The notes beneath the pieces were generated by a model. That model was given only the letters and a program-made list of their open reading frames with translations. It searched no databases and was not told the origin of the DNA. DNA of 64,000 nt from contig NW_027139666.1 in NCBI RefSeq assembly GCF_035084215.1, positions 4,092,001-4,156,000 of the forward strand, read 5' to 3'. The position numbers and the translations under genes are program-made. The DNA is from Heptranchias perlo. Lineage: Eukaryota. How positions within the stretch are numbered: the first letter of the stretch is position 1; each line of letters starts with the position of its first letter. This document shows positions 54,130 to 64,000 of this stretch, in pieces.

Positions 54130-55325
54130 ACATCGAGTTACATCGAAACCAAGGTACAGAAACAGGCCATTCGGCCGAATTGGTCTGTGACGGTTTTCAT
54201 GCTCCACGTGAGCCTCCTCCTTCCTTACTTCATCGAACTCGATTAAAATACCCTTCTATTCCTTTCTCCCTCATGTCCTTGTCTATCTTCCCCTTAAATG
54301 CCCCTATGTTATTTTCCTCAACGAATCCTTGGGTAGCGAGTTCCACATTCGTCCCAATCTTTGGGTAAAGCAGTTTCTCCTGAATTCCCTATTGGATTTA
54401 TTAGCGACTATTTTATATTCATTACCTGAAGTGTTGGACTCCCCACAAGTGGAATCATTTTCCCTGCGTCTCCCCTTTCAAACCTTATCATTATCTTGAA
54501 GACTTCTATCATTTCAACCCTCAGCCTTCTCTTTTCTAGTGAAATGAGCCCCAGCCTGTTCAACATTTCCTGATAAGAATATCCTCTCATTTCTGGTATC
54601 ACCTTTGTGAATCTTTTTTGCACCTTCTCCAATCCCTCTCCGTCCTTTCTATAACATGGAGACCAGAACTGTGCACAATACTCCAAGTGTGGTCTAACCA
54701 AGGTCCCATACAATTTTAACATAACTTCTTTGTTTTCAAATCTATCCCTCTCGAAATGAATCTTAGTGTTTGATTTGTCTTTTATGACCTTATTGAGCTG
54801 CGTCGCTACTTCTTGTAATTTTTATATCTGTACCCCTAGATCCCTTTGCTCCTCTATCCCGTTTAGACTCCTATTATCCAAGCAGTGTGTGACCTTCTTA
54901 TTCTCCATTCTGCAAGTTTATTAATGTCCTCTTGCAATTTGCTACATTCTTCCTTTGTATTAAATACATCCCCCAATTTGGAGTCGTCGACACATTTTGA
55001 AATTGTACTTCCGATTCCCGTTTCAAAATTGTCAATGTAAATTGTGAAGAACAGTAGTCCCAGCAACTGGAACATCACTTCCCATCTTTTGCCAGTCTGA
55101 GTAGCGACTCTTAACCTCTATTCTCGTTTTTCTGCTTTGTCGCCAGCTTACGATCCATTCTACCACATGTCCCCTGACTCCACGTGCTCTGAAATTAGCC
55201 ATGAGTCTACAACGCGAAACCTTATCGAAGGCCTTCGGAAAATCCAAATATATTTAATCTAATGCTTTAAACTTGTATTCAATTTCTGTTCCTTCTTCAA
55301 AGATTTCAATAAGGTTGGTCCTGTC
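54130..55325 (-). mobile_element. Old CR1 RT-to-3'-end fragment
   Basis: Frames DFPKAFDKV..., SKCVDDSKLG..., LYGTLVRPHLEYCAQFWSP...; 3' UTR near 54140-54300. Confidence 0.85.
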
Positions 55326-55356
55326 CTTTGGGATATCAGATTAAATCTTTGCCGCT

Positions 55357-55740
55357 TTACTTGCTCTTGGAGCTGACAATGCTGGTTTTCTTCGGCAGCA
55401 GCACGGCCTGGATATCTGGCGACACCCTGAGCGATGGTCACCCGTCCCAGCAGCTTGTGGAGCTCCTCCTCGTTGTGGATGGCCAGCTGCAGGTGTCTGG
55501 AGATGATGCGGGTCTTCGTGTTGTCGTGGGCTACGTTGGCGGCCAGCTCGAGGATTTCAGCCGTCAGATACTCGAGCACAGCAGCCAGATAGAACGGGGC
55601 TCCGGCACCCACATTCAGCGGATTTCCACTTTCGCAGGAGCATTTGAACACGGCCCACAGGGAACTACAGTACCGGCCCGGGATGAGCGAGGCTTGGCCT
55701 TGGCCCGAGCTTTAACGCCGGTTTTTCCTCTTCCAGACAT
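55357..55740 (-). pseudogene. H2A: Histone H2A pseudogene (mirror of 1416-1802)
   Basis: Frameshifting deletions near 55420 and 55612; 3' UTR breaks at CCCAAAGG and joins CR1. Confidence 0.92.
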
Positions 55741-55839
55741 TTCCACAATCTCACAAATACGTTAATGCAGAATAAAGAACTCTCCTGCTCTCGCCCTTCT
55801 TATACCTTCTGGAGGAGTACAGTGGGGGCATTTGTAGTG

Positions 55840-56025
55840 GGTCTCTCTCAGATTGTTTACACTGCCCGCTCACCCTCACTGATATTCTATCTTTCAACTG
55901 CTGTAATATTGTCCTTTAGCAATATTGCTGCTCTCCCTCCTTTCCCTACTTCTCTGTCATTTCTAAAGATCTTATAGACTTGAATATTAAGCAGCCAGTC
56001 GTGCCCAGCTGGTAGTCCGGTCTCC
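55840..56025 (-). mobile_element. Degenerate CR1 endonuclease-region fragment (mirror of 1140-1320)
   Basis: Reverse-complement homology to 1140-1320. Confidence 0.65.
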
Positions 56026-56125
56026 GTAATCATTTAATGTAATTATTTAACCTCACGAAATGGATGATGCGGCCGAAAAACGTGACGGATTACTGGATAG
56101 TGTGTAATTTCCATTGGTTGGGGGG

Positions 56126-56162
56126 TTTGCGACATCTACTGGGCGGAGACGTGAACTACAAA
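56126..56162 (-). promoter_or_regulatory. Predicted CTCF site (right boundary, reverse)
   Basis: Reverse complement TTGTAGTTC-ACGTCT-CCGCCCAGTAGATGTCGC. Confidence 0.6.
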
Positions 56163-56276
56163 AGAGCGAGAAATGGTCAGTCGGAAACCGGTTCAAATGA
56201 AAAACAAAATCCAACCGCTTGCGGTGTCTGTTCAGGGTGTGATGTTTATCAACTATTTTATGATGATGGATGGTCA

Positions 56277-56348
56277 GCGATGGTGGTATAGTGGTGAGCA
56301 TAGTTGCCTTCTAAGCAATTGATTCGGGTTCGATTCCCGGCCATCGCA
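56277..56348 (+). tRNA. tRNA gene with Gly(TCC) body and TCT (Arg) anticodon; alloacceptor or young pseudogene
   Basis: GCGATGGTGGTATAGTGGTGAGCATAGTTGC-CT-TCT-AA-GCAATTGATTCGGGTTCGATTCCCGGCCATCGCA. Cloverleaf pairs and A/B boxes are intact. Confidence 0.85.
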
Positions 56349-56569
56349 ATTAAGTGTTCTCATTAGTTTATTTCCTTCAGAAACTCTTAAGTATTGAATT
56401 TGATGCAGTTCAGTTGGATATTGTTTCCAAAACATAAACGAGTGTAGGTATAGTAAAATGATTTCAGCCTTCATTTATTTTCCCTATAGAAGGAATAGAG
56501 GAAAAACATGCTGGAAATAGTGAGCTGCAAAGTGTCTGATGAGAGTTAGGATGGCAAATGAAATGGTAG

Positions 56570-57695
56570 CCTTTATTGTAAGGGTTTTGGAATATAAGAT
56601 TAAGGAGGTCTTGCTGCAATTGCAGTATGAGGAAATATTGTGTAAAATTGGCCTATATTCTGTGGAGATAGAAGAATGAGAGGTAATCTCATTGAAACGT
56701 ATAACATTCTTAGACGGCTTGACAGGGTAGATGCTGAGAGGCTGATTCCCCTCGCTGGAGAGTCAAGAACTGGAGCTCATAGTCACAAGATAAGGAGTCG
56801 GCCATTTAGGACCGATATGAGAAAAATTTCTGCACTCAAAGGGTTATGAAACTTTGGAATTCTCTACCCCTGAGGGCTGTGGATGCTCAGTCGTTGAGTA
56901 TATTCAAAGCTGAGATCGATAGATTTTTGGACTCTCGGGGAATCAAGGAATATGGGGATCGGGAGGGAAAGTGGAGTTGAGGTCGAAGATCAGCCCTGAT
57001 CTGATTGAATGGCAGAGAGGGCTCGTGGGGCCGTATGGCCTACTCCTGCTCCTATTTCTTACGTTCTTATGTAGAGAGCCTTATATCCAAGTGTGCTGAT
57101 GACACTAAGTTAGGTGGCACAATTAACATTATAGATTGGAGCAGAAAGTTGCAAAGGGAAATTGATAGATTAAGTGAGTGGGCAAAACTGTGGCAGATGG
57201 AGTTCAACGTGGGGAAGCGTGAGGTCATCCAATTTGGACCATAAAAAATAGATCAGAGTATTTTCTAAATGCGGAGAAGTTAGGAACTGTGGGGGAGGAG
57301 AGAGATTTGTGGACCAAATGCAGAATTCACTAAAAATGCAAAAAAAAGTTAAAATGGTAATGGAATTTTGATTTTTATCTCAAGTGATCCGGAATAAAAA
57401 GGAGTGGAATTTATGTCACAGTTATACGGAGCTCTGGTTAGACCTCATTTAAAGTATTGTATTCAGTTCTGCGCACCGCACCTCTGGCAGGATAAGAACA
57501 GATGAAATATGAGCAGCAGGTGGCCTTAGGGCCCTTCGAGCCTGCTCCGCCATTCAATAGATCATGGCTGATTTTGTACCTCCACACCACTTTACTGCCC
57601 GTTCCCCATATCCCTTGATTTCCTTGTCCAAAAATCAATCAAACTCAATCTTGAATACATTAAACGACTGAACATCCACAGCCCTCTGGGGTGGA
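56570..57695. mobile_element. Cluster of CR1 fragments (+ 56570-57070 3' end, + 57070-57490, - 57490-57695)
   Basis: CR1 3' UTR ...ggcctactcctgctcctatttcttacgttcttatg; frame SKCADDTKLGG..WAKLWQMEFNVGK. Confidence 0.8.
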
Positions 57696-57789
57696 GAGAA
57701 CAGCATCGAGGAAGATAAAGGGAATGAAGTGAATGTGTCGTACAGTTACATCTCGCTGCTCTGTCTGACCATTTTGATCACCACTTCCC

Positions 57790-58434
<645 letters not shown>

Positions 58435-58499
58435 TTCCTCATTGTACGGTCAATGTCTGTTCAGCAAACCGGCTCTGAATTCCTCAGTCTGTATTTCGA

Positions 58500-58830
58500 G
58501 AAAGGGTTCTGTGCGCGACGCGGGCAATATGAACGGTGACCGACGCACTGCCACTAATGGCGGCCGGAGGACCCACAATACCCGCGCCCCAGAAACCCCT
58601 CTATCTCTCCAAGGTGCTGATTTTCCGCTCAGACTGCGCATGCTCCCGAGGACCGCCGTGCATTCTGGGAACTCATCGCTGCTTTTGTTCGCGAGTCGGA
58701 CTCGGTGGAAACCGGAGAAGAAACCGGGAAGCGGCGGGTAGGACGGGGTAGGCGCTGGATGATGGGTGTAATGGACTCCCGGGACCCCCGCCCGCCCGAT
58801 CCCCCGGGCCCCCCGGCTCTGATTCAGGGC
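58500..58830 (+). promoter_or_regulatory. CpG-island promoter/first exon, probably of the downstream ZNF gene
   Basis: NRF1-like TGCGCATGCT at ~58635, ZNF143-like TGCATTCTGGGAA at ~58659, ETS-like CCGGAGA/CGGGAAG, candidate donors near 58738 and 58748. Confidence 0.6.
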
Positions 58831-59134
58831 CTGAGCCGCACTCGGTGTTGCTGAGACTCCGCTCAGTGGAAATGCATGTTGTTGTTGATCTGCTCCCGTT
58901 GGCCTCAGCTTTGCCGGACAGAATCAGCCAGGGACGGTGACTGTGCTGCTCCCCATGGTTGAAATGCCGGCAGCTCCCTGTACAGGCTCACAGGTGCAGA
59001 ATTCCCACTTGGCCGGGTACTGGACGGCAAACAGTGGCTGGGGTCGAAATCCAACATCACGCAGAACCTTCAGGAGCGAAAAGGAGGAAAAACAGATCCT
59101 GCGATGAATCTGGATTTCAAACAGCGAGGATATG

Positions 59135-59375
59135 TCACGGAGGGAGAGTGTGTGGGACGGGGGAATTCACAGCTTAATAGGGCAAGGAGGGAGAGTGTGG
59201 GACGGGGGATTTACAGCTCAATAGGGGCAAGGAGGGAGAGTGTGTGGGACGAGGGATTTACAGCTGATTATGGGCAAGGAGGGAGAATGTGTGTGACAGG
59301 GGATTTACAGCTGGTTATGGGCAAGGAGGGAGATTATGGGTTGGGGCATTCACAGCTTAGGATGGGCAAGGGAGA
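59135..59375 (+). repeat. ~43-45-bp G-rich minisatellite
   Basis: About five copies of gggcaaggagggagagtgtgtgggacggggatttacagct. Confidence 0.75.
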
Positions 59376-59464
59376 AAAGAATGTTCCAGAGAAACTAGAA
59401 CTGTGTGTTCTGAATTTATATCCTGTTTTTATGGTGATGAATTATGTAAATGATGAGCACAGAT

Positions 59465-59892
59465 GCATAGACTAGGCTTGTATTCTCTTGAATATACAAG
59501 ATTAAGGACTGATCTAATTGAGGTGTTTAAGATGATTAGAGGTTTTGATAGAGTAGATGGAGATAAACTATTTCCTCTGGTGGGAGAGTCCAGAACAAGG
59601 GGGAATCATCTTAAAATTAGAGCTCGGCCATTGAGGGGTGATGTCAGGAAGCAATTCTTCACACAAAGGGGAGTGGAAATCTGGAACTCTCTTCACTCCA
59701 AAAAGCTGTTGAGGCTGGGGGTCAATTGTAAATTTGAAAATTGAGTTTGATAGATTTTTGTTTGGCCAAAGTATTAAGGATTATTATACCAAGGAGGGTA
59801 AATAGACTTAAGATATAAATCAGCCATGATCGAATTGAATGGCGGAACCGGCTCGTGGGGCTTAATGGCCTACTCCTGTTCCAATGTTCCTA
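59465..59892 (+). mobile_element. CR1 3' fragment
   Basis: HRLGLYSLEYTRLRTDLIEVFK...FFTQRGVEIWNSL followed by CR1 3' UTR. Confidence 0.85.
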
Positions 59893-59979
59893 AATGCAGC
59901 CATCCGCAATAAGATTGTGGATGGCAAGGGCCTTGCTCACAAGTGAACGGACATCTGGAGGAAGATGCGGTGAGAGGAG

Positions 59980-61393
59980 GTGACTGGTCAGTGAGTGTCT
60001 GTAAATGAAGCAGAAATGATAACCGGTCAGGGAGTGTCTGTAAACGAAGGAGAAATGTGACAGATCAGGGAGTGTCTGTAAATAAAGTAGAAATGGGGAC
60101 GGTCAGGGAGCGTCTGTCAATGAAGGAGAAATGGTGATTGTTTAGGAAGTGTCTCTAAATGAAGTAGAAATGGGGACGTTCAGGGAGCGTCTTTCAATGA
60201 AGGAGAAATAGTGATTGGTCAGGAAGTGTCTCTCAATGAAGGAGAAATGGTGTCCGGTCATGGAGTGTCCGTAAATGAAGGAGAAATGATGTCTGTTCAT
60301 GGAGTGTCTTTAAATGAAGGAGAACTGGTGACAGGTCAAGGAGTGTCTATAAATGAAGGAGGAATGGTGACGGTCAGGGAGTGTCTGTAAATGAAGGAGA
60401 AATGCTGACTAGTTAGGGAGTGTCTTTAAATGAAGGAAAAATGGTGACTGGACAGGGATTGTCTCTAAATGAAGGATAAATGGTGCTGGGTGAGGAAGAG
60501 TCGACATTTGAATGAGAAACGGTGAAGGGTCAGGGAGTGTCTATAAATGAAAGAGAAATAGGAACGGGTCAGTGAATGTCTGCAAATGAAGAAGAAATGG
60601 TGATCGGTCAAGGAGTGTCTGTAAATGAAGGAAAAATTGTCTGATTAGGGAGTGTCTGTAAATGATGGAAAAATAGTGTCTGATTAAGGAGTGTCTATAA
60701 ATGAAATCGAAATAGTGACATGTCAGGGCGTGTCTATAAATGAAGGAGGAATTGTGACGGGTCAGGGAGTGTTTACAAATGCAGGTGAAATTGCATCTGG
60801 TAAGGGAGTATCTATAAATGGGAGAGGACATGGTGACAGGTCAGGGAGTGTCTATAAATGAAGGAGAAACGGTGACGGGATAGGGAGTTTCTATAAATGA
60901 CGGAGAAATGGTGACAGTTCAGGCAGAGTCTGTAAATGATGTAGAAATGGTGACTTGTCAGGCAGCGTTTGTAAATGAAGGAGAAATGGTGTTTGTTCTG
61001 GGAGTATTTGTTAATGAAGGAGAAATAGTAACTGGTCAAGGAGTGTCTGTCAATGAAGGAGGAACGGTGATTGGTCCGGGAGTGTCTGTGAATGCAGGAG
61101 AAATGTTGACAGGTCAGGTAATGTCTACAAATGAAGAAGAAATAGTGATGGGCCAGGGAGCGTCTATTAATGAAGGAAAATGCTGACTGGTGAGAAAGAG
61201 TTTGTAAATAAAGGAGAAATTGCGAAGGGTCAGGGAGCGTCTATAAATGAAGGAGAAATGGTGTTTGGTCAGGGAGTGTCTGTAAATGAAGGTGAAATAG
61301 TGACTGGTCAGGGAGTGTCTGCAAATAAAGGATAAATTGTAATAGGTCAGGGATAGTCTTTAAATGAAGGAGAAATGGTGACTGGTCAGGGAG
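59980..61393 (+). repeat. 39-bp minisatellite, ~36 units
   Basis: CAGGGAGTGTCTGTAAATGAAGGAGAAATGGTGACTGGT; period 39 (61270, 61309). Confidence 0.92.
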
Positions 61394-61496
61394 ATTCCGT
61401 CGCCAAATTTGGGAGATATTACATATGGACTGCTTACAGGCAGCTATAGGGAGGGACATAGTGTCGAAATGAGGGGCAGACCATATGCACACAGCA

Positions 61497-61760
61497 AGAG
61501 TGAGCATCTTCAGGAGAGGAGAGGGGATCCAGTGAATGTAGAACTGAATCCAACCAGAGTCAGCACCTTCAGGGGAGGAGAGGGAGGGGAACCAGTGAGT
61601 TTAGAACTCAATCCAGCCAGAGTCAGCACCTTCAGGGGAAGAGAGAGTGGGGGAGCAGTGAGTGTAGAACTGAACCTAGCCAGAGCAAGCAACTTCAGGG
61701 GAGGAGAGGGAATGGAACCAGTGAGTGTAGAACTGAAAACAGTCCGAGTCGGGATCTTCA
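61497..61760 (+). repeat. 63-bp minisatellite, ~4 units
   Basis: cagcaccttcaggggaggagaggg...ccagtgagtgtagaactgaa...cagagt (61561, 61624). Confidence 0.85.
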
Positions 61761-61945
61761 AGACAGAAAAAATAAATAGAAGGAAAATTGTTGCAAGTGG
61801 TGCGATGGGTTTGGGTTTCAGCAGACGGAGGAGGGTGAGTGTGCGGGACGGGGATTTACAGTCTGGAGGAATGAGCGGGTAGAATGTTCCATAGAAACTA
61901 GAATTGCCTGTTCTGAATTTCCAATCCGTATTCACAGTGAGGACT

Positions 61946-62419
61946 TATAGAATCATAGAATCATAGAATCATAGAAGTTACAACATGGAAACAGGCCCTT
62001 CGGCCCAACATGTCCATGTCGCCCAGTTTATACCACTAAGCTAGTCCCAATTGCCTGCACTTGGCCCATATCCCTCTATACCCATCTTACCCATGTAACT
62101 GTCCAAATGCTTTTTAAAAGACAAAATTGTACCCGCCTCTACTACTGCCTCTGGCAGCTCGTTCCAGACACTCATCACCCTTTGAGTGAAAAAATTGCCC
62201 CTCTGGACCCTTTTGGATCTCTCCCCTCTCACCTTAAATCTGTGCCCCCTCGTTATAGACTCCCCGACCTTTGGGAAAAGATTTTGACTATCGACCTTAT
62301 CTATGCCCCTCATTATTTTATAGACTTCTATAAGATCACCCCTTAACCTCCTACTCTCCAGGGAAAAAAGTCCCAGTCTGTCTAACCTCTCCCTGTAAGT
62401 CAAACCATCAAGTCCCGGT
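61946..62419 (-). mobile_element. Young CR1 3' end, same subfamily as 26765-28017
   Basis: Near-identical to 26770-27238; (TCTATGAT)n tail. Confidence 0.93.
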
Positions 62420-62793
62420 TACCTCCTTTTACAGGGTATTAGAAGGGGAAGATTTGTAGACGAGAAACTCAAACCAAACATCACGTCAAGATCTGGCAGT
62501 CACTCTATTCACCAGCACCTGAAGATTATCGGCCTTAACATATAGGAGAAATGTTGATCTGTTCCATCTGTGGGAAAAGATTTCAAACATCACTGGGACT
62601 GGAATAGCAGCGAGACACACACACCCGAGTGAGAGTGTTCCAGTGCACTGACTGTGGAAAGAATTTTAACCAGTTACACAGCCTGAAAAAACATCGTACC
62701 ATTCACAGTGGGGAGAAACCAGACAACTGTTCTCTGTGCAGACGAGACTTGTACTGATCGTCCAACCTGGAGAGACACGAGGACGCCCGCACC

Positions 62794-63804
62794 ATGGAGA
62801 AACCGTGGAAATGTGGGGACTGTGGGAGGGGATTCAGTTACTCGTCCCGGCTGGAAACTCATCGACACAGACACACTGGGGAGAGGCCGTTCACCTGCTC
62901 CGTTTGTGGGAAGGGATTCACTCAGTCATCCCACCTCATTGAACATCAACTTGTTCACACTGATAAGAGACTTTTAAAATGTTCTGTCTGTGAGAAGAGC
63001 TTTAAAAGAAAAAGTGATCTGCTGACACACCAACGTACTCACACTGGGGAGAGGCCGTTCACCTGCCCCGTGTGTGGGAGCGGATTCACTCAATCTTCCC
63101 ACCTCATTGAACATCAACTTGTTCACACTGATAAGTGTCTTTTTAAATGTTCTGTCTGTGAGAAGAGCTTTAAAAGAAAAAGTGATCTGCTGACACACCA
63201 ACGTACTCACACTGGGGAGAGGCCGTTCACCTGCTCCGTGTGTGGGAAGGGATTTACTCGCTCATCTAGCCTACTGACACACCAGCGAGTCCACACTGGG
63301 GAGATGCCGTTCACCTGCTCTGTGTGTGGGAAGCGATTCACTCGATCATCCCACCTCCTGAGACATCAGCAAGTTCATATCGGGGAGAGGCCATTCACCT
63401 GCTCCCTGTGCGGGAAGGGATTCGCTCAGTCATCCACCCTGCTGACACACCAGCGAGTTCACACTGGGGAGAGGCCGTTCACCTGCTCCGTTTGTGGGAA
63501 GAGCTTTACTCAGTCATCCACCCTGCTGACACACCAACGAGTTCACACTGGGGAGAGGCCATTCACCTGCTCTGTGTGTGGGAAGGAATTCACTTGTTCA
63601 TCCGGCCTCATTGAACACCAACTTGTTCACACTGATAAGAGACCCTTTAAATGTTCAAACTGTGAGAAGAGCTTAAAAAGAACATGGGATCTGATGAGAC
63701 ATGAACGTATTCACATTGAGGAGATTCCGATCACCTGTTCCGTGTGTGGGATGGGATTCACTCAGTCATCCCACCTGCTGAGTCACCAGCGAGTTCACAT
63801 GTGA
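62794..63804 (+). CDS. Tandem C2H2 zinc-finger protein, 12 fingers, no effector domain visible
   Basis: 336 aa with 12 CxxC...HxxxH units and TGERP linkers; ACCATGG Kozak context; acceptor ...ctccttttacag at ~62433; AATAAA at 63939. Confidence 0.9.
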   Translation: MEKPWKCGDCGRGFSYSSRLETHRHRHTGERPFTCSVCGKGFTQSSHLIEHQLVHTDKRLLKCSVCEKSFKRKSDLLTHQRTHTGERPFTCPVCGSGFTQSSHLIEHQLVHTDKCLFKCSVCEKSFKRKSDLLTHQRTHTGERPFTCSVCGKGFTRSSSLLTHQRVHTGEMPFTCSVCGKRFTRSSHLLRHQQVHIGERPFTCSLCGKGFAQSSTLLTHQRVHTGERPFTCSVCGKSFTQSSTLLTHQRVHTGERPFTCSVCGKEFTCSSGLIEHQLVHTDKRPFKCSNCEKSLKRTWDLMRHERIHIEEIPITCSVCGMGFTQSSHLLSHQRVHM

Positions 63805-64000
63805 CTGCAGGAGTTGGATTCTGCTGTTATTGCTGTATCCAGGACTAAACCACGTTCATTCTGACAGTTGGAAGTTTGTTTCTGATGTTAATGACTCCCT
63901 TTAACTGGGCTGGAGTTTAGTATTCTGTACAAGTGTCAAATAAATTAGCTTTCTTTTAAACACAGTATTTTTGACCTTCATATCTCGATGATAAAAGAAA

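Larger units (their letters stand above)
50000..56945. repeat. Right arm of large diverged inverted duplication
   Basis: Reverse-complement homology to 165-6780. Segment 53070-53600 also mirrors 17995-18480. Confidence 0.85.

Noticed and set aside
60541-61507. ORFs in the 39-bp and 63-bp repeats (GQGVSVNEGEMVT repeats)
   Set aside because: Open only because unit lengths are multiples of 3; interrupted by stops and indels.

Overview
Eukaryotic (vertebrate) DNA, very probably a cartilaginous fish (shark). This is inferred from the CR1/L2/Penelope repeat mix, the MPEDKK-type H2B and the MEKPWKC-type tandem C2H2 gene. Most of the window (~0.2-57 kb) is a replication-dependent histone cluster built by segmental duplication. 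It holds intact H1, H3.2, two H4, three H2B and one H2A, all with 3' stem-loops, plus four defective H2A copies. A ~12-15 kb block is repeated directly (3.35-15.6 kb vs 20.85-35.96 kb), and the two ends of the cluster are diverged inverted copies (~0.17-6.8 kb vs ~50.0-56.9 kb). Each end carries a tRNA-Gly-derived gene next to an extended CTCF-type motif, and the two motifs are convergent. The right-hand tRNA has a Gly body but a UCU (Arg) anticodon. Spacers contain 46-bp and 82-bp satellites, CR1/L2 fragments and a repeated NRF1-promoter/exon-like unit. Two palindromic Penelope-like insertions (0.7 and 2.5 kb) have TSDs and a minimal hammerhead motif on each arm. The last 6 kb hold a hAT remnant and a 12-finger C2H2 gene. 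Coordinates of old repeats and duplications were read by eye and are approximate.
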